Shown here in pieces: positions 1 through 9,651 of a DNA stretch of 30,328 bases. The stretch is taken from the IMG/VR virus record IMGVR_UViG_3300043473_000092, positions 1 through 30,328 of that record; one strand, given 5' to 3'. Position 1 is the stretch's first letter; every line of letters begins with the position of its first letter. The notes beneath the pieces were generated by a model. The model did no database searches, was not told the DNA's origin, and was given only the letters and a program-made list of their open reading frames with translations. This stretch comes from a virus. Its lineage: Duplodnaviria > Caudoviricetes. The translations under genes were made by a program, and so were the position numbers.

Positions 1-2100
1 AAGGTTAATTGTCCGACTGCCAATGTCCGTTGGCAGATTATACCGCACAAGCTCAAGAGGCGTTCCCGCGACCTGCTCGCCAGAGAAAGCAGTCTCTGCG
101 TGTCCCGCGTGACCTGCGCGGCCGCGAGCCCCACTGACACGGTAGCCTGTGATTTTCGTTGCGTGTGGGAACTCCTTCTTAATCGCGCGTAGAATGTCCC
201 GAGTCCCCTTGAAACCGAAGTAGTGCCCGAAATTCCGACCCATGGTATCGTCTACGCCGATCCAATTGACATGGACTTCCCCCGGCTGGTGATCATTCTC
301 AGAGATATTAAGCGACCCTACTGTCTGTCCGTCAGATGTCAAATCAAATGAATGATACTTATACCCAGGCTGAAGAGTAGACGCCGGTCCCCGTCGACGG
401 ATACCCGCAGTAGTACCAACGAACGAATCTCCAATGACCAGCGGCGGCATCATCGACGGATTCGCGGGCGCCCGCGGCATCTGTCCGGCCGCGCGCCACC
501 GTTCCCAATTCGTTTCCAGTAGACCGTGAGAGACCTCTTGGAGTACCCTAGCAAACGACACAGGCTGATCCCGCGCCGTGCGCTGCATACGACCGAGAGC
601 AATAATCAGCCTATCCTCCACAGGACTGCGTCCCGTATGAAGACTTGCATTATGATGCCATGATGCAGGATCTTGGCTGACTCCTGGGTCTAGCAGATCT
701 GTACGTGTTGGGTCGACTTCGACACCGGCTGCGAGTCGCAGCCGCTCGATTAAGTTATTCGTTGTCTGTATATTTGGATTGCCCCCATCCGGGCCCACTC
801 GATGATCCGTGAGCTCCACAGATCCATTCGGCCCAATGGTATACGCAATAGGAGCCTCTGGTTGTTGCGCGGCTTCGGGCGTTGCTCGAATGAACGCAGC
901 GCCTTGCTCCGGCAGCCCACGAATAAAGCTCTGTACATTACGACCCTCAACAAGTTCGCTCTGTCGATCACCTTGGGCGTCGAAATAATCAATTGTATGT
1001 GGTGGACCCTCATTCGGATCAATCTTCGGTGCCCGTGCGAAGATGCCCTTCGGCCCGTGCGCAGCACGGCCCAGTCCGGGCGCAGCGATGCTGGGCGCAC
1101 TCGTGAGCGTCCCCATCAGGGCCTCATCGACCACGTCCCACCAGTTCTCGACACCGCCCGTGCTCGCGACCTGGGCCCCGGTCTCCTCGACCGCACCACT
1201 GGCGGTCGCGGCCGCAGTTGCCACAGCCCCGAGTCCAGTCTTCTGCAACAGGGTCCTTGGAGCGTGAAGCGCCGTGCTGACACCTGCGCTATTCGTGGTC
1301 GCACCTATGACCTCTCCGGGAAGCACTTTCGGCAAGAACTTCCCAGCAAGGCCACCAGTGGCCGCAGATATTGCTCCTATTGCTCCAGCCCGTGTCGCGG
1401 CATACCAGAACGCATCATTGAACATTTCCGGATTCGTGATCGCGAGATACAGTTCCGTGTCATTCTTAGTGTCAACCTTGTACTTTTCTTGAAGCCTTTG
1501 TATGAACGAGTTCGACATATCTAAAAGGCCAGCAGCAGTCGACGAGGCACCAATAGCACCCGCTGGCCCACCGACCGTACCCGGCAAGGTCCATAAGCCG
1601 ACCTCCCCAAACTGCGGAATCGCCTGTCCGATGATCGACCCATACTTGCCCGGGTCCAGATAGCTTGCAGCACCAGTCCCCGCGGAGCTTGCAGGAGCCA
1701 GAGCCACCTGCCTCTGCATTGCGGCCTGTTCTTTAGCGAACTTAACGGGATCCATCGTCCCGACCTGGAGGCCCATCAGATCGAGCGCACTCGCGACCCC
1801 CGGGCTCGCCATCGACCGCTGATAGCTCGCTCCAAGCTCCTCGAAGAAGCCTTCCGCCGGAGGCGGTGGCTTGACTACTGGAGGCGGCGTGAATTGATCG
1901 TAAGGATTGACTGTAGCACTAGGCGCGGTAGGAGCAGTGCTTGTCGCTATTGGCTGATCTGCATCGAACTGGTCGTACGGGTTCGCAGGAACCACCGCGG
2001 GCGCAGCCAGCGTCGCGGGCTCGTCGAACTGATCATACGGATTGGGCGATGTTCCGCCGCCCGCGGACGGATCATCGAACCTGTCATAAACGTTTGCCAT
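1..2100 (-). CDS. Large internal virion / DNA ejection protein, 3'-truncated by the window edge (>=700 aa)
   Basis: Not in the ORF track. Manual translation from ATG at 2100, directly abutting the stop of the upstream gene, gives MANVYDRFDD...NPYDQFD...NPYDQFD...NPYDQFT... and stays open to base 1 (...PLELVRYNLPTDIGSRTINL). Ala/Gly-rich hydrophobic helices and last position in the ejection gene cluster fit a podophage ejection protein. Confidence 0.8.
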   Translation of the reverse strand, partial: MANVYDRFDDPSAGGGTSPNPYDQFDEPATLAAPAVVPANPYDQFDADQPIATSTAPTAPSATVNPYDQFTPPPVVKPPPPAEGFFEELGASYQRSMASPGVASALDLMGLQVGTMDPVKFAKEQAAMQRQVALAPASSAGTGAASYLDPGKYGSIIGQAIPQFGEVGLWTLPGTVGGPAGAIGASSTAAGLLDMSNSFIQRLQEKYKVDTKNDTELYLAITNPEMFNDAFWYAATRAGAIGAISAATGGLAGKFLPKVLPGEVIGATTNSAGVSTALHAPRTLLQKTGLGAVATAAATASGAVEETGAQVASTGGVENWWDVVDEALMGTLTSAPSIAAPGLGRAAHGPKGIFARAPKIDPNEGPPHTIDYFDAQGDRQSELVEGRNVQSFIRGLPEQGAAFIRATPEAAQQPEAPIAYTIGPNGSVELTDHRVGPDGGNPNIQTTNNLIERLRLAAGVEVDPTRTDLLDPGVSQDPASWHHNASLHTGRSPVEDRLIIALGRMQRTARDQPVSFARVLQEVSHGLLETNWERWRAAGQMPRAPANPSMMPPLVIGDSFVGTTAGIRRRGPASTLQPGYKYHSFDLTSDGQTVGSLNISENDHQPGEVHVNWIGVDDTMGRNFGHYFGFKGTRDILRAIKKEFPHATKITGYRVSGARGRAGHAGHAETAFSGEQVAGTPLELVRYNLPTDIGSRTINL

Positions 2101-2997
2101 TTATAGATACTTTGCTGCACCGCCCGGGGCGAGCCCATACTTCTTCTCGAACTCCGCAGCGGTTCCCCTATTCGCGCGAAGGTACGCAATCGCCGCAGGT
2201 GTCGGGGCTCCGGCTGGAGCAGCCGGGGCCTCTGGCACAGCCTCGCCGAGCCTAGTTGGACCACCACCGCCAAGAGCTCTGTCCACCATGCCCTGCTCAG
2301 CCATGAACTTCTGAACAAGCGCATCCTGGACTGCGGGGTCCTGCGTATCAATGTCTTTCGGATCGAACTCAAGATCCTTCTCACCCTTGAGCCAACCCAT
2401 AAAGTCTTTACGAAGTGCTCTGTTGTACTGAAGCGCCTGATAGGTTGTAAGTCCGTTAGCCCCGCCAGACTTCTCGGCCGCAGTCGTGGCCGCCCGGGCG
2501 CGTTCTTCGTCCGCCGCGACCTTACGCTCTTCCAGTAGCTGATTGGCGGCTGCAATATCCCGGGCCTCTTGACCGAGAATAACTTTATCTCTCGCCTCAC
2601 CGCCAGCACCAAGTGCCTGCCCGACCTGTCCAATAGTCGACTGTCCAATCGCGGGCGGCTGCATGAGCATTATTGAGGCTTGAAGCAACGCGGCCCGGTT
2701 CTCCGGGTGCGACAGCCAGCCGGAGACTCCTCGCGGTGGTGGAGTACTCTCGAGTCCTGCAATCGGTGGTGGTGCACTAACGGGCTCCCCGGGAATACCC
2801 GGTGACACATGCGGCTCAATTGGAGTCCCCGGCATCCCAGTCGGCGGGAACGGACCTGGGAGCACAGGCCCCCCAGGTGGCTCCGACGGAGCAGGCTTCG
2901 GCCCCATCTGTCCCGCAGTCACGACACCCGGCGCTGCAATGTTCCCAAAGAGCCCACCTAAGCCTTGAATGAGCTGCCCGAATCCACCACTGGACAT
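2101..2997 (-). CDS. Internal virion/ejection protein (298 aa)
   Basis: Gly/Pro-rich N-terminus, AALLQASIMLMQP...GQALG segment, coiled coil and C-terminal AAIAYLRANRGTAAEFEKKYG motif. SD GGAGG upstream; located in the ejection cluster. Confidence 0.65.
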   Translation of the reverse strand: MSSGGFGQLIQGLGGLFGNIAAPGVVTAGQMGPKPAPSEPPGGPVLPGPFPPTGMPGTPIEPHVSPGIPGEPVSAPPPIAGLESTPPPRGVSGWLSHPENRAALLQASIMLMQPPAIGQSTIGQVGQALGAGGEARDKVILGQEARDIAAANQLLEERKVAADEERARAATTAAEKSGGANGLTTYQALQYNRALRKDFMGWLKGEKDLEFDPKDIDTQDPAVQDALVQKFMAEQGMVDRALGGGGPTRLGEAVPEAPAAPAGAPTPAAIAYLRANRGTAAEFEKKYGLAPGGAAKYL

Positions 2998-3002
2998 TGT
3001 TG

Positions 3003-3722
3003 TTACCTCCGAACTTGCGGTAGTGCCTGCCCGAGCGTAAGGTTCGCAGCTTGCGGCCGCGCGACACTCAGGACCTCTTGAATTAATTTATTCAGATCGG
3101 GCGCGGTCATTGCATCCGGCTGTGGCGGAGCAGGCGCGCCGATACCTTGGACATTAGGATTCGCTGGCATGGTCACGCCTGATAACGGCGTCCCTGTCTG
3201 CACAGGTGCGTTCCGCGGTGCGCCGACCCCAGGCTGCTGCTCTGGCAACAGGCTCAAGTCTCCGCTGCTCGCGGGCTCTCCCGGAACAGCATCCTCCGGC
3301 GCGACGGTCCCGGGCGGTATCATGTTCGGACTTGCGGGCATTGGGGCCGACAGACCTGGCTGGGGCGGTGTCACCGTTGGATCTGTAGCATAATCAGTTG
3401 CAGGTCTAACCATGGAACCCGGAGGCGGTGTTAGCGCCGCCCCGAGCACGTCAGCCGTTTCCCCGGTCGCGGGCGTGGGACTTGGAACCCCTGCCGCATC
3501 CAGAACCTGCGCGACCTTCTCCGGCGCAGTCGTAAACATATGCGCGAGTTCCATAGGGTTCATGCCGAGTGTAGCCGCAGTCGCCAGAAGCCACTGCATG
3601 GCTTCACTCGGACTCGTCGCGGGTGGAGCCAGCGCACCCGGGAGTGTTCCACCATGAACAAAGCCTCCACCTGGAAGCGGATTTCCGGGCAGAATGCCCG
3701 GGGCCGGGATGCCAATAGCCAT
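3003..3722 (-). CDS. Pro-rich putative internal virion protein (239 aa)
   Basis: ORF with AAGGAG SD, tightly packed between ejection genes; low-complexity Pro/Ala composition. Confidence 0.55.
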   Translation of the reverse strand: MAIGIPAPGILPGNPLPGGGFVHGGTLPGALAPPATSPSEAMQWLLATAATLGMNPMELAHMFTTAPEKVAQVLDAAGVPSPTPATGETADVLGAALTPPPGSMVRPATDYATDPTVTPPQPGLSAPMPASPNMIPPGTVAPEDAVPGEPASSGDLSLLPEQQPGVGAPRNAPVQTGTPLSGVTMPANPNVQGIGAPAPPQPDAMTAPDLNKLIQEVLSVARPQAANLTLGQALPQVRR

Positions 3723-3753
3723 TGTTAGCTCCTTTTCGCGCCGCGCGAAACCT

Positions 3754-4776
3754 TTAGATGTTCAACCAAGAAGCAACCTTATCGCCAAGGTTCGGGAACA
3801 CAGTCGCGGCAGTTCCTGCCGCGCCGAGAGTTCCCAAGATCGGGTCCGTATCCGGGAGATCCTGCGTTGTAGTGGAAGTCCCACCGCGCTGTGCATTGGC
3901 AAGAGATGTCAAGCTCTGCGCCGACGTCAATGGAGACGTCTGCTTGAACAGATCTCGATAGACATTTTCATCTCGCTGCGCCTGGGCCTCACCTTGACGC
4001 ACATCACCCACCGCGGACGTCGTGAGCGCGGGCGTGAGCAGCGAGCCCTGCGTCTGCGGCAAGAGACCCAACGCGTTCAGCTGCGAATTGACATTCGTAT
4101 TATACAGATTCGACAAGGCACCCTGTTGCGTCCCATAGCGAGCTGTATCCGCGTTCGCGACGTTACCGAACGTAGTCGTCATCGCGTTGAGCCCGGCTTG
4201 ATAGCCTTCGTTCGCAAGGTTCGCGCTAGTATCGCCAATAGCCGTGGAAGCCTGCCCTGACGCGAGACCTTCCGCAATTCCTTGCCGGGAAGAGCCGAAG
4301 TTTCCACTGGTAACAGCATCACCACGAATCGCCGGGAGCTGCTCTGTCGTCAGTTGCTCCGTAATCGGCCGCACAGCGGCATCAATAGCTCCCTGCAACG
4401 CCGGGTTCGACTCCGGGTACAAGACCTTCCCCATGAGGAAGTCTAACGCCGCTTGATCGTAGCCCGGCTTGGCTAAAACACTACCACGACCCGCTTGCGA
4501 AGGATCGCTCGCCAACAGCTTTGTCGTATAGGCGGAGCCAGCATCGGCAATATTCTGCATTCCCGGGACCGCAGCAAGCGACATTTCTTGCCCGAGAGCC
4601 TGCATCGGATCGAACGGCTCAACAAGAGACGTCTCTGGAAGCTGGACACCTTTCTTGCCCGTTTTGTCCCAGTATTTGTTCGTGGCCTTCTTCGTCTTCT
4701 TCTCAAGATCCTTCTGGAACTTCGTTTGCTTGGATGAAGACTTGATCTCGTTCGTACCACCGTCGAAAACGCCCAT
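3754..4776 (-). CDS. DNA pilot/ejection protein (340 aa)
   Basis: NPALQGAIDAA...GNFGSSRQGIAEGLA motif and Gln/Ala-rich helices, as in the first ejection protein of podophages; Gly/Ala hydrophobic C-terminus. Confidence 0.7.
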   Translation of the reverse strand: MGVFDGGTNEIKSSSKQTKFQKDLEKKTKKATNKYWDKTGKKGVQLPETSLVEPFDPMQALGQEMSLAAVPGMQNIADAGSAYTTKLLASDPSQAGRGSVLAKPGYDQAALDFLMGKVLYPESNPALQGAIDAAVRPITEQLTTEQLPAIRGDAVTSGNFGSSRQGIAEGLASGQASTAIGDTSANLANEGYQAGLNAMTTTFGNVANADTARYGTQQGALSNLYNTNVNSQLNALGLLPQTQGSLLTPALTTSAVGDVRQGEAQAQRDENVYRDLFKQTSPLTSAQSLTSLANAQRGGTSTTTQDLPDTDPILGTLGAAGTAATVFPNLGDKVASWLNI

Positions 4777-4779
4777 GGC

Positions 4780-5112
4780 TCATAGTCCTCTACTAGCTAA
4801 CAGTTTAAGCAACGTCTTCAGGAACGTACGAATCTCCGGAAGACTGCTCACATTCGTGTTTGCCCAAGTATCGATTGTCGGTCCATCCATACTCGCCAGC
4901 AACTGGATGAGCTCAGCAACCTGTGGAAGCGCCTTCAGGATCTCGCCCTGGTTCGGCAGAAGCCGCTCGTTGTAGTATTGTTCGAACGTCTTCGGCGGTA
5001 GGATGCAGATGATGCCGTCCTCGGGATGACCCGTCCGCTCCCAGCGGGGTTGTCCCAGGTAGTTTGGCTCGATCTCGACCCACTCTTCAACAGTCCCGGG
5101 GATAGCGGCCAT
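4780..5112 (-). CDS. Putative tail-fibre assembly chaperone, paralog of 5580..5819 (110 aa)
   Basis: IPGTVEEWVEIEP...RWERTGHPEDGII..LPPKTFEQYYNERL aligns with the 79-aa ORF; directly follows a fibre-tip gene. Confidence 0.55.
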   Translation of the reverse strand: MAAIPGTVEEWVEIEPNYLGQPRWERTGHPEDGIICILPPKTFEQYYNERLLPNQGEILKALPQVAELIQLLASMDGPTIDTWANTNVSSLPEIRTFLKTLLKLLASRGL

Positions 5113-5113
5113 G

Positions 5114-5590
5114 TCACTGCACCTTGTATTGGAAAACGAACGCGATCTGGTGGTTGTTCGCTGTCGCCGACTGGAACGTCAGCAAAGCTTGGTCGTTGGT
5201 GATGTCGCCGATGATAGTCCCGGTTTCGGTGAAGCCGGGCGCGGTCATGACGCCGCTCAGGTCCATGGTTCCGGTGAGGTTGCTGGCGACCGGCAGGGAG
5301 ATGCCTATGCTGGTTGTGACCGCTCCTCCAGCGGTCGGGTCTACATCGGCATGTCCGCTGACGATGACACGGTCGGAGAGCCGGGTGTAGAGCGTATTGT
5401 ACATTGTCGCCGCTGCGGCATTGGAGCCGAGCGCATGGGTCGGCACGTACACACCCGTAGTGATGGGGATGGGCGCCGCGATCGAAGCTACGGTCCACTT
5501 GGTGCCCGCACTGTCGTAGGTGTATGTCGGGCCACCCGCCGGGGTATAAGTCTGCCCGTTGGTCGGGCTATTTGGGAAGTCAAAAGCCAT
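5114..5590 (-). CDS. Short accessory fibre / receptor-binding protein (158 aa)
   Basis: N-terminal MAFDFPNSPTNGQTYT..YTYD..GTKW module; C-terminal beta-rich domain homologous to the tip of 5819..8074 (G.Y.PT, DVDPTA, SLPVA.N, VF.Y.V). Confidence 0.65.
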   Translation of the reverse strand: MAFDFPNSPTNGQTYTPAGGPTYTYDSAGTKWTVASIAAPIPITTGVYVPTHALGSNAAAATMYNTLYTRLSDRVIVSGHADVDPTAGGAVTTSIGISLPVASNLTGTMDLSGVMTAPGFTETGTIIGDITNDQALLTFQSATANNHQIAFVFQYKVQ

Positions 5591-5819
5591 CGGGCAACCT
5601 CTTCTCTAGAGCTTCTATCCGCGCCATCAGGTCTTGGAGCGATAGCTGCGGCGGATTGTCAGGCAGCTTGCTCGCCGCCAGTCTTCGGTCATAGTACTCC
5701 GCGAAAGTCAGCGGCGGCGTCAGCGTGATGACGCCGCTCTCGGGATGATCGATCCGCGCCCAGCGGGTCGGCTCGATCTCGGTCCACTCTTCGACGGTTC
5801 CGGGGATTGGTTCTGACAT
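5580..5819 (-). CDS. Putative tail-fibre assembly chaperone (79 aa)
   Basis: IPGTVEEWTEIEP.RWARIDHPESGVI.LTPPLTFAEYYDRRL plus short coiled coil LQDLMARIEALEKRL; start overlaps the collagen fibre stop. Confidence 0.55.
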   Translation of the reverse strand: MSEPIPGTVEEWTEIEPTRWARIDHPESGVITLTPPLTFAEYYDRRLAASKLPDNPPQLSLQDLMARIEALEKRLPDGF

Positions 5820-8074
5820 CAGGGTAGCACCGTGTACATGAAGACGCAGGTCATCGCGGCATTGGCTAGTCCCGGTGGATAGTAATTGACGACCCCTCGG
5901 TCATTAGCGACGCTGCCGTTCATTTGGATCGCCGCATTGTACGCCCCGACGGCTCCCGCTCCGGACGCATCAAGGTTGGAAGCGAAATTGGTGGCTACCG
6001 GCAGCGAAAACTCGAAGCTGGTGGCAGTGGTGGACGCAGTCGGATCAACGTCGCAACGGAAAGCGATGATGACGATGTTCCCGACCTTGAGATAAGTGTT
6101 AACGAAAGCTGTGCTTGCCGCGACGTTTGCGCCGTTGGTTATCGTCGGCGTATAGGTTCCGGCAACTATCGTGAGAGTAGCGAGGGCAGTGGATGCCGCT
6201 GTGTCGTCGAGCACCGTCTTCATGAAGGCCGAGATGCCGAGACTAGTGGCGAACGCCCCGTACGTCGTCTCTTTGATCAGCTTGCCAGTCGTGCCGTTGA
6301 ACAGCACCGGAGCGTCGGCGACGCTGGATGCAGGCCCGACGACATCGCCACTGCCGCTGCCCGAAGGACCGGTGGCTCCGGTCGGCCCGGTCGGTCCCGG
6401 CACCGTACTGGCTGCTCCCGTTGCGCCAGTCGCTCCAGCAGCCCCTGTCGCACCCGTGGGACCAGCCACGCCTTGGATGCCCTGAGTACCCTGAGTACCC
6501 TGTGTACCCGTCGCACCTGTGGCCCCCGTTGGGCCAGCCACGCCCTGAATACCCTGCGTGCCAGTCGCGCCAGTGGCCCCTGTCGGTCCTGCAATGCCCT
6601 GAGTACCCTGAGTGCCAGTAGCGCCTGTCGCGCCAGTGGGGCCAGTCGGCCCCGTGCCACCGACGCCCGGCGCGGCGACGACCTCGACCCATTGATTGGA
6701 CGTGCCGTCTTGGTAGTATACGTAGAGCTTTCCTGTGTCGCTCTCCCACCAGAGGTTCGAGCTATTGGGCGATCCCGGCGAGGCGTCTGCTACCGCAATC
6801 GCCGGGCCTTGTGCGCCGGTCGCTCCCGTGGCTCCCGTAGGACCGGGAACCGTACTGGCTGCGCCCGTGGCTCCTGTTGTGCCAGTCGGACCAGTGGGAC
6901 CGACCACGCCTTGGACACCTTGAATACCCTGAGTGCCCTGAGTGCCGGTAGCTCCTGGCGCACCAGTCGCACCAGTGGGACCGACGACGCCCTGAATGCC
7001 CTGAGTACCAGTGGCCCCCGTAGTGCCCGTCGGGCCAGCGACGCCCTGTATGCCCTGCGAGCCAGTTGGTCCTGTCGGCCCCGCGACGCCTTGAATGCCT
7101 TGGGTGCCCTGAGTGCCGGTAGCCCCGGTCGCGCCGGTCGCGCCAGTCGGCCCCGCTACACCTTGTGCGCCCGTAGCGCCCGCCGGTCCCTGCGCTCCGG
7201 ATGTCTCGACCCACTGCGAGCTATTGGCGTCCGTATACCGATAGAACAATTTCCCGGTATCGCTCTCCCACCAGAGCTGGTTGGCGACAGGCGCAGGTGC
7301 AGTGTCGGCAGCAATGATGCCAGCCCCAGCCGTGCCAGTAGCTCCCGTGGCCCCCGTCGCGCCTGTTGCGCCTGTTGCTCCAGCGGGACCAGTAGCCCCT
7401 GTCGCACCGGCGGGACCGGGAACGGTGCTGGCCGCTCCTGTCGCACCCGTCGCTCCAGTGGGTCCGGAAGGGCCAGTCGGGCCAATGGCCCCGGTCGCGC
7501 CTGTAGGACCAGTTGCGCCCCCGCCGGGTCCGGTCGGGCCAGTTGCCCCTGCGGGACCATAACCGCCGACCTCAACCCATTGTGAACTGTTGGCATCAGT
7601 ATACCAAAAGTAGAGCTTTCCGGTATCGCTCTCCCACCACATTTGGTTCGCAACAGGAGCCGGTGCAGTATCAGCCGCAATAATTCCTGCACCCTGCGGG
7701 CCGGTAGCCCCGACTGCACCAGTCGCTCCTGTCGCGCCAGCCGGTCCAGTCGGCCCAGTTGGACCTGCGGGACCACTGCCCGATCCGCCACCACCCCACG
7801 GAATCCAGACCGCGCCGTCGTAATAATACGGACCTTCTCCCGAACCTGGATTCCAAGAAGTCCCGTCTGCGTAGACGATCTGACCTTCCCGAGGCTTCTC
7901 AGGCGGCGTCGTCAAGACTTCCAAGCGAAGTTCCGTCGGCTCATTAAGACGCTTCGCCTGGGTGTCAAATATCAATCGCACCCACTTTACAATGGCCTTA
8001 GACTCTGCGTCCTGCACAGGCGGCGGCTGATCGCCGAGTCTAAAGCCTGCTGAAGCGAGTCTCGAGGTCGCCAT
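5819..8074 (-). CDS. Collagen-like tail fibre/needle protein (751 aa)
   Basis: Extensive G-X-Y repeats (GAT, GPT, GTQ, GIQ) interrupted by three [16 protein letters not shown] modules. N-terminal [24 protein letters not shown] domain; GDVVGPASS...[12 protein letters not shown] fibre motif; C-terminal beta tip. Confidence 0.85.
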   Translation of the reverse strand: MATSRLASAGFRLGDQPPPVQDAESKAIVKWVRLIFDTQAKRLNEPTELRLEVLTTPPEKPREGQIVYADGTSWNPGSGEGPYYYDGAVWIPWGGGGSGSGPAGPTGPTGPAGATGATGAVGATGPQGAGIIAADTAPAPVANQMWWESDTGKLYFWYTDANSSQWVEVGGYGPAGATGPTGPGGGATGPTGATGAIGPTGPSGPTGATGATGAASTVPGPAGATGATGPAGATGATGATGATGATGTAGAGIIAADTAPAPVANQLWWESDTGKLFYRYTDANSSQWVETSGAQGPAGATGAQGVAGPTGATGATGATGTQGTQGIQGVAGPTGPTGSQGIQGVAGPTGTTGATGTQGIQGVVGPTGATGAPGATGTQGTQGIQGVQGVVGPTGPTGTTGATGAASTVPGPTGATGATGAQGPAIAVADASPGSPNSSNLWWESDTGKLYVYYQDGTSNQWVEVVAAPGVGGTGPTGPTGATGATGTQGTQGIAGPTGATGATGTQGIQGVAGPTGATGATGTQGTQGTQGIQGVAGPTGATGAAGATGATGAASTVPGPTGPTGATGPSGSGSGDVVGPASSVADAPVLFNGTTGKLIKETTYGAFATSLGISAFMKTVLDDTAASTALATLTIVAGTYTPTITNGANVAASTAFVNTYLKVGNIVIIAFRCDVDPTASTTATSFEFSLPVATNFASNLDASGAGAVGAYNAAIQMNGSVANDRGVVNYYPPGLANAAMTCVFMYTVLP
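6350..7790 (-). repeat. Collagen G-X-Y coding repeats interrupted by three ~40-aa WWESDTGKL modules (approx. 7569-7685, 7204-7318, 6681-6800)
   Basis: 9-bp periodic repeats (e.g. cctgagtac/cctgagtac at 6481-6498) and translated triplet repeats; boundaries approximate. Confidence 0.85.
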
Positions 8075-9651
8075 TAGTAACGACCTCCACCCCCAAGCTC
8101 AAGGTCGTATCCAAAGAGCTTCCAGCTCTCAGCCGTAGTCGAGAAGAAATCCACAGACAGCGTCGCGCCGACCGCAGTTACATCCACGAACCGTGACGTT
8201 GCTGGATCATACTCAATAGGAGGACTCCACGTCACGGCCTGGTCGAGCCGGTCCTGCCGACCAATAGATACCATGATCTTGCCCCCACTCACCTTGGGCC
8301 AGATCTTTCGGCAGAACTGTCTATCCTTAAAGTCAACAATAGGATCACCACTCCGGCGAAGACCTAATACTGCAAGTTGCTCCCTCCGAACACGGGCCGT
8401 AAAGTCTGCACCATCACGAAGCGTGTGTGAATCGTGAACTAAAAACCGTTTATTGAGAGTATCCACCCCAACTGGAAGCCTTCTGTCACTTCGATTCCAC
8501 GAACCCGTCACAGTATCCCACGTTATGCCCATCATGCTGTTCCAGGTCGCAGGCGACGTCACGTCAATATCCCCGAGCGCTGTATACGGATACGTGTAAT
8601 CTGCCTCGTAAATAGTTCCGTAGGAGGATGCTCCATAGTTCCAGATCAACGCCCGGTTCACAGTATTGTGACCCGCCTCCGGGTAAACGAACCACATTTC
8701 CTTCTGACGCGGATGCGCGAACACATACGCCTTGGTACGACTCACATCGTCAATCTGGTTAAAGAGATACCGGCGCATTCTCTTGGACAGTAAGGGCGTT
8801 ACACTGCTCCCATCGTGGACAACAATATCATCTTGCGTCACCACAAAATGGTACGCCCCATCACCCGTCAGTCCCACACAGTTTCTTGCCAAGAGCCCGG
8901 ATCGCGTCAAGAACTGATCAAACTGGAATATGAACTGACCTCCAACCGGGCGCATGAGCCAGGTCGAGTGTTCCTTATAAATGCACATCGACGTGCGCAA
9001 AGGCAGCCCGTCAAGAATGCCACCACTTTCAGTGTCAGCGAGGTCATTCTTCCCGCAATCACGTGTAGGATCTGTCTCGTCCCACGATATGGGAATACTC
9101 CCCGGGTCCGCCGGATGACTCCAATGGACTAAGTGCGGGAACTTCGTACCGGCAATAGTTGGCGCTAAGGCAACAAGGTACGGCCCGAAGGCTCTTATCA
9201 CATCGCAACGCTCATTCGCCGGCCAATTCGACAGATCAGCAAAGTCCGTTGTCAGATTATAGCTCGCCCAGAACTGTGGCACATCGATCGTGTTGTTCAT
9301 GATTGGAACACCACCGAGGAACGTCGATTGCCAATAGGGGCTAGTGCTATAATTCGCAGCGCGACTCACATCTGTTTCTATGCCGGACTCATTGAGCACG
9401 TACATGTCTGTCGCGCTCGCGTAAAGCCACCAAATCTGCCCGGTCGGTGTATGAAGCTGAACCGCGAATATAGGATTTCCAGTCAGTACTGTGCTCGGGA
9501 ACGCGCGCTGCCACCCGGCCATTCTCTCCACGCTATCCGACATGAAGCGGACATTTTCACCCATGGTCCAGGCTTCAGGCGGAAGCTGAAAGCCGGGGAC
9601 ATCCTTGAAGACTCCCACATTTGCAATGTCAGATACTTCAAAATCAGCCAA
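8074..9651 (-). CDS. Tail nozzle / tail tubular protein B (P22 gp10-like stabilization protein, 525 aa)
   Basis: Size, beta-propeller-like pattern ([29 protein letters not shown]...RALIWNY) and position upstream of needle and ejection genes; TTG start. Confidence 0.75.
   Translation of the reverse strand: MADFEVSDIANVGVFKDVPGFQLPPEAWTMGENVRFMSDSVERMAGWQRAFPSTVLTGNPIFAVQLHTPTGQIWWLYASATDMYVLNESGIETDVSRAANYSTSPYWQSTFLGGVPIMNNTIDVPQFWASYNLTTDFADLSNWPANERCDVIRAFGPYLVALAPTIAGTKFPHLVHWSHPADPGSIPISWDETDPTRDCGKNDLADTESGGILDGLPLRTSMCIYKEHSTWLMRPVGGQFIFQFDQFLTRSGLLARNCVGLTGDGAYHFVVTQDDIVVHDGSSVTPLLSKRMRRYLFNQIDDVSRTKAYVFAHPRQKEMWFVYPEAGHNTVNRALIWNYGASSYGTIYEADYTYPYTALGDIDVTSPATWNSMMGITWDTVTGSWNRSDRRLPVGVDTLNKRFLVHDSHTLRDGADFTARVRREQLAVLGLRRSGDPIVDFKDRQFCRKIWPKVSGGKIMVSIGRQDRLDQAVTWSPPIEYDPATSRFVDVTAVGATLSVDFFSTTAESWKLFGYDLELGGGGRY

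Noticed and set aside
750-2255. Several track ORFs (802..1524 +, 750..1100 -, 1941..2255 + and others)
   Set aside because: Shadows of the long minus-strand ORF 2100->1, which the track missed because it lacks a stop within the window.
5924-7585. 553-aa plus-strand ORF
   Set aside because: Antisense artefact of stop-poor collagen repeats; Arg/Ser/Cys-rich composition with no recognisable motif.
4780-7685. Possible diversity-generating retroelement (TR/VR) behind the duplicated fibre segments
   Set aside because: Differences in the copies I compared are mainly synonymous and not adenine-specific, both copies are coding, and no reverse transcriptase is in the window.
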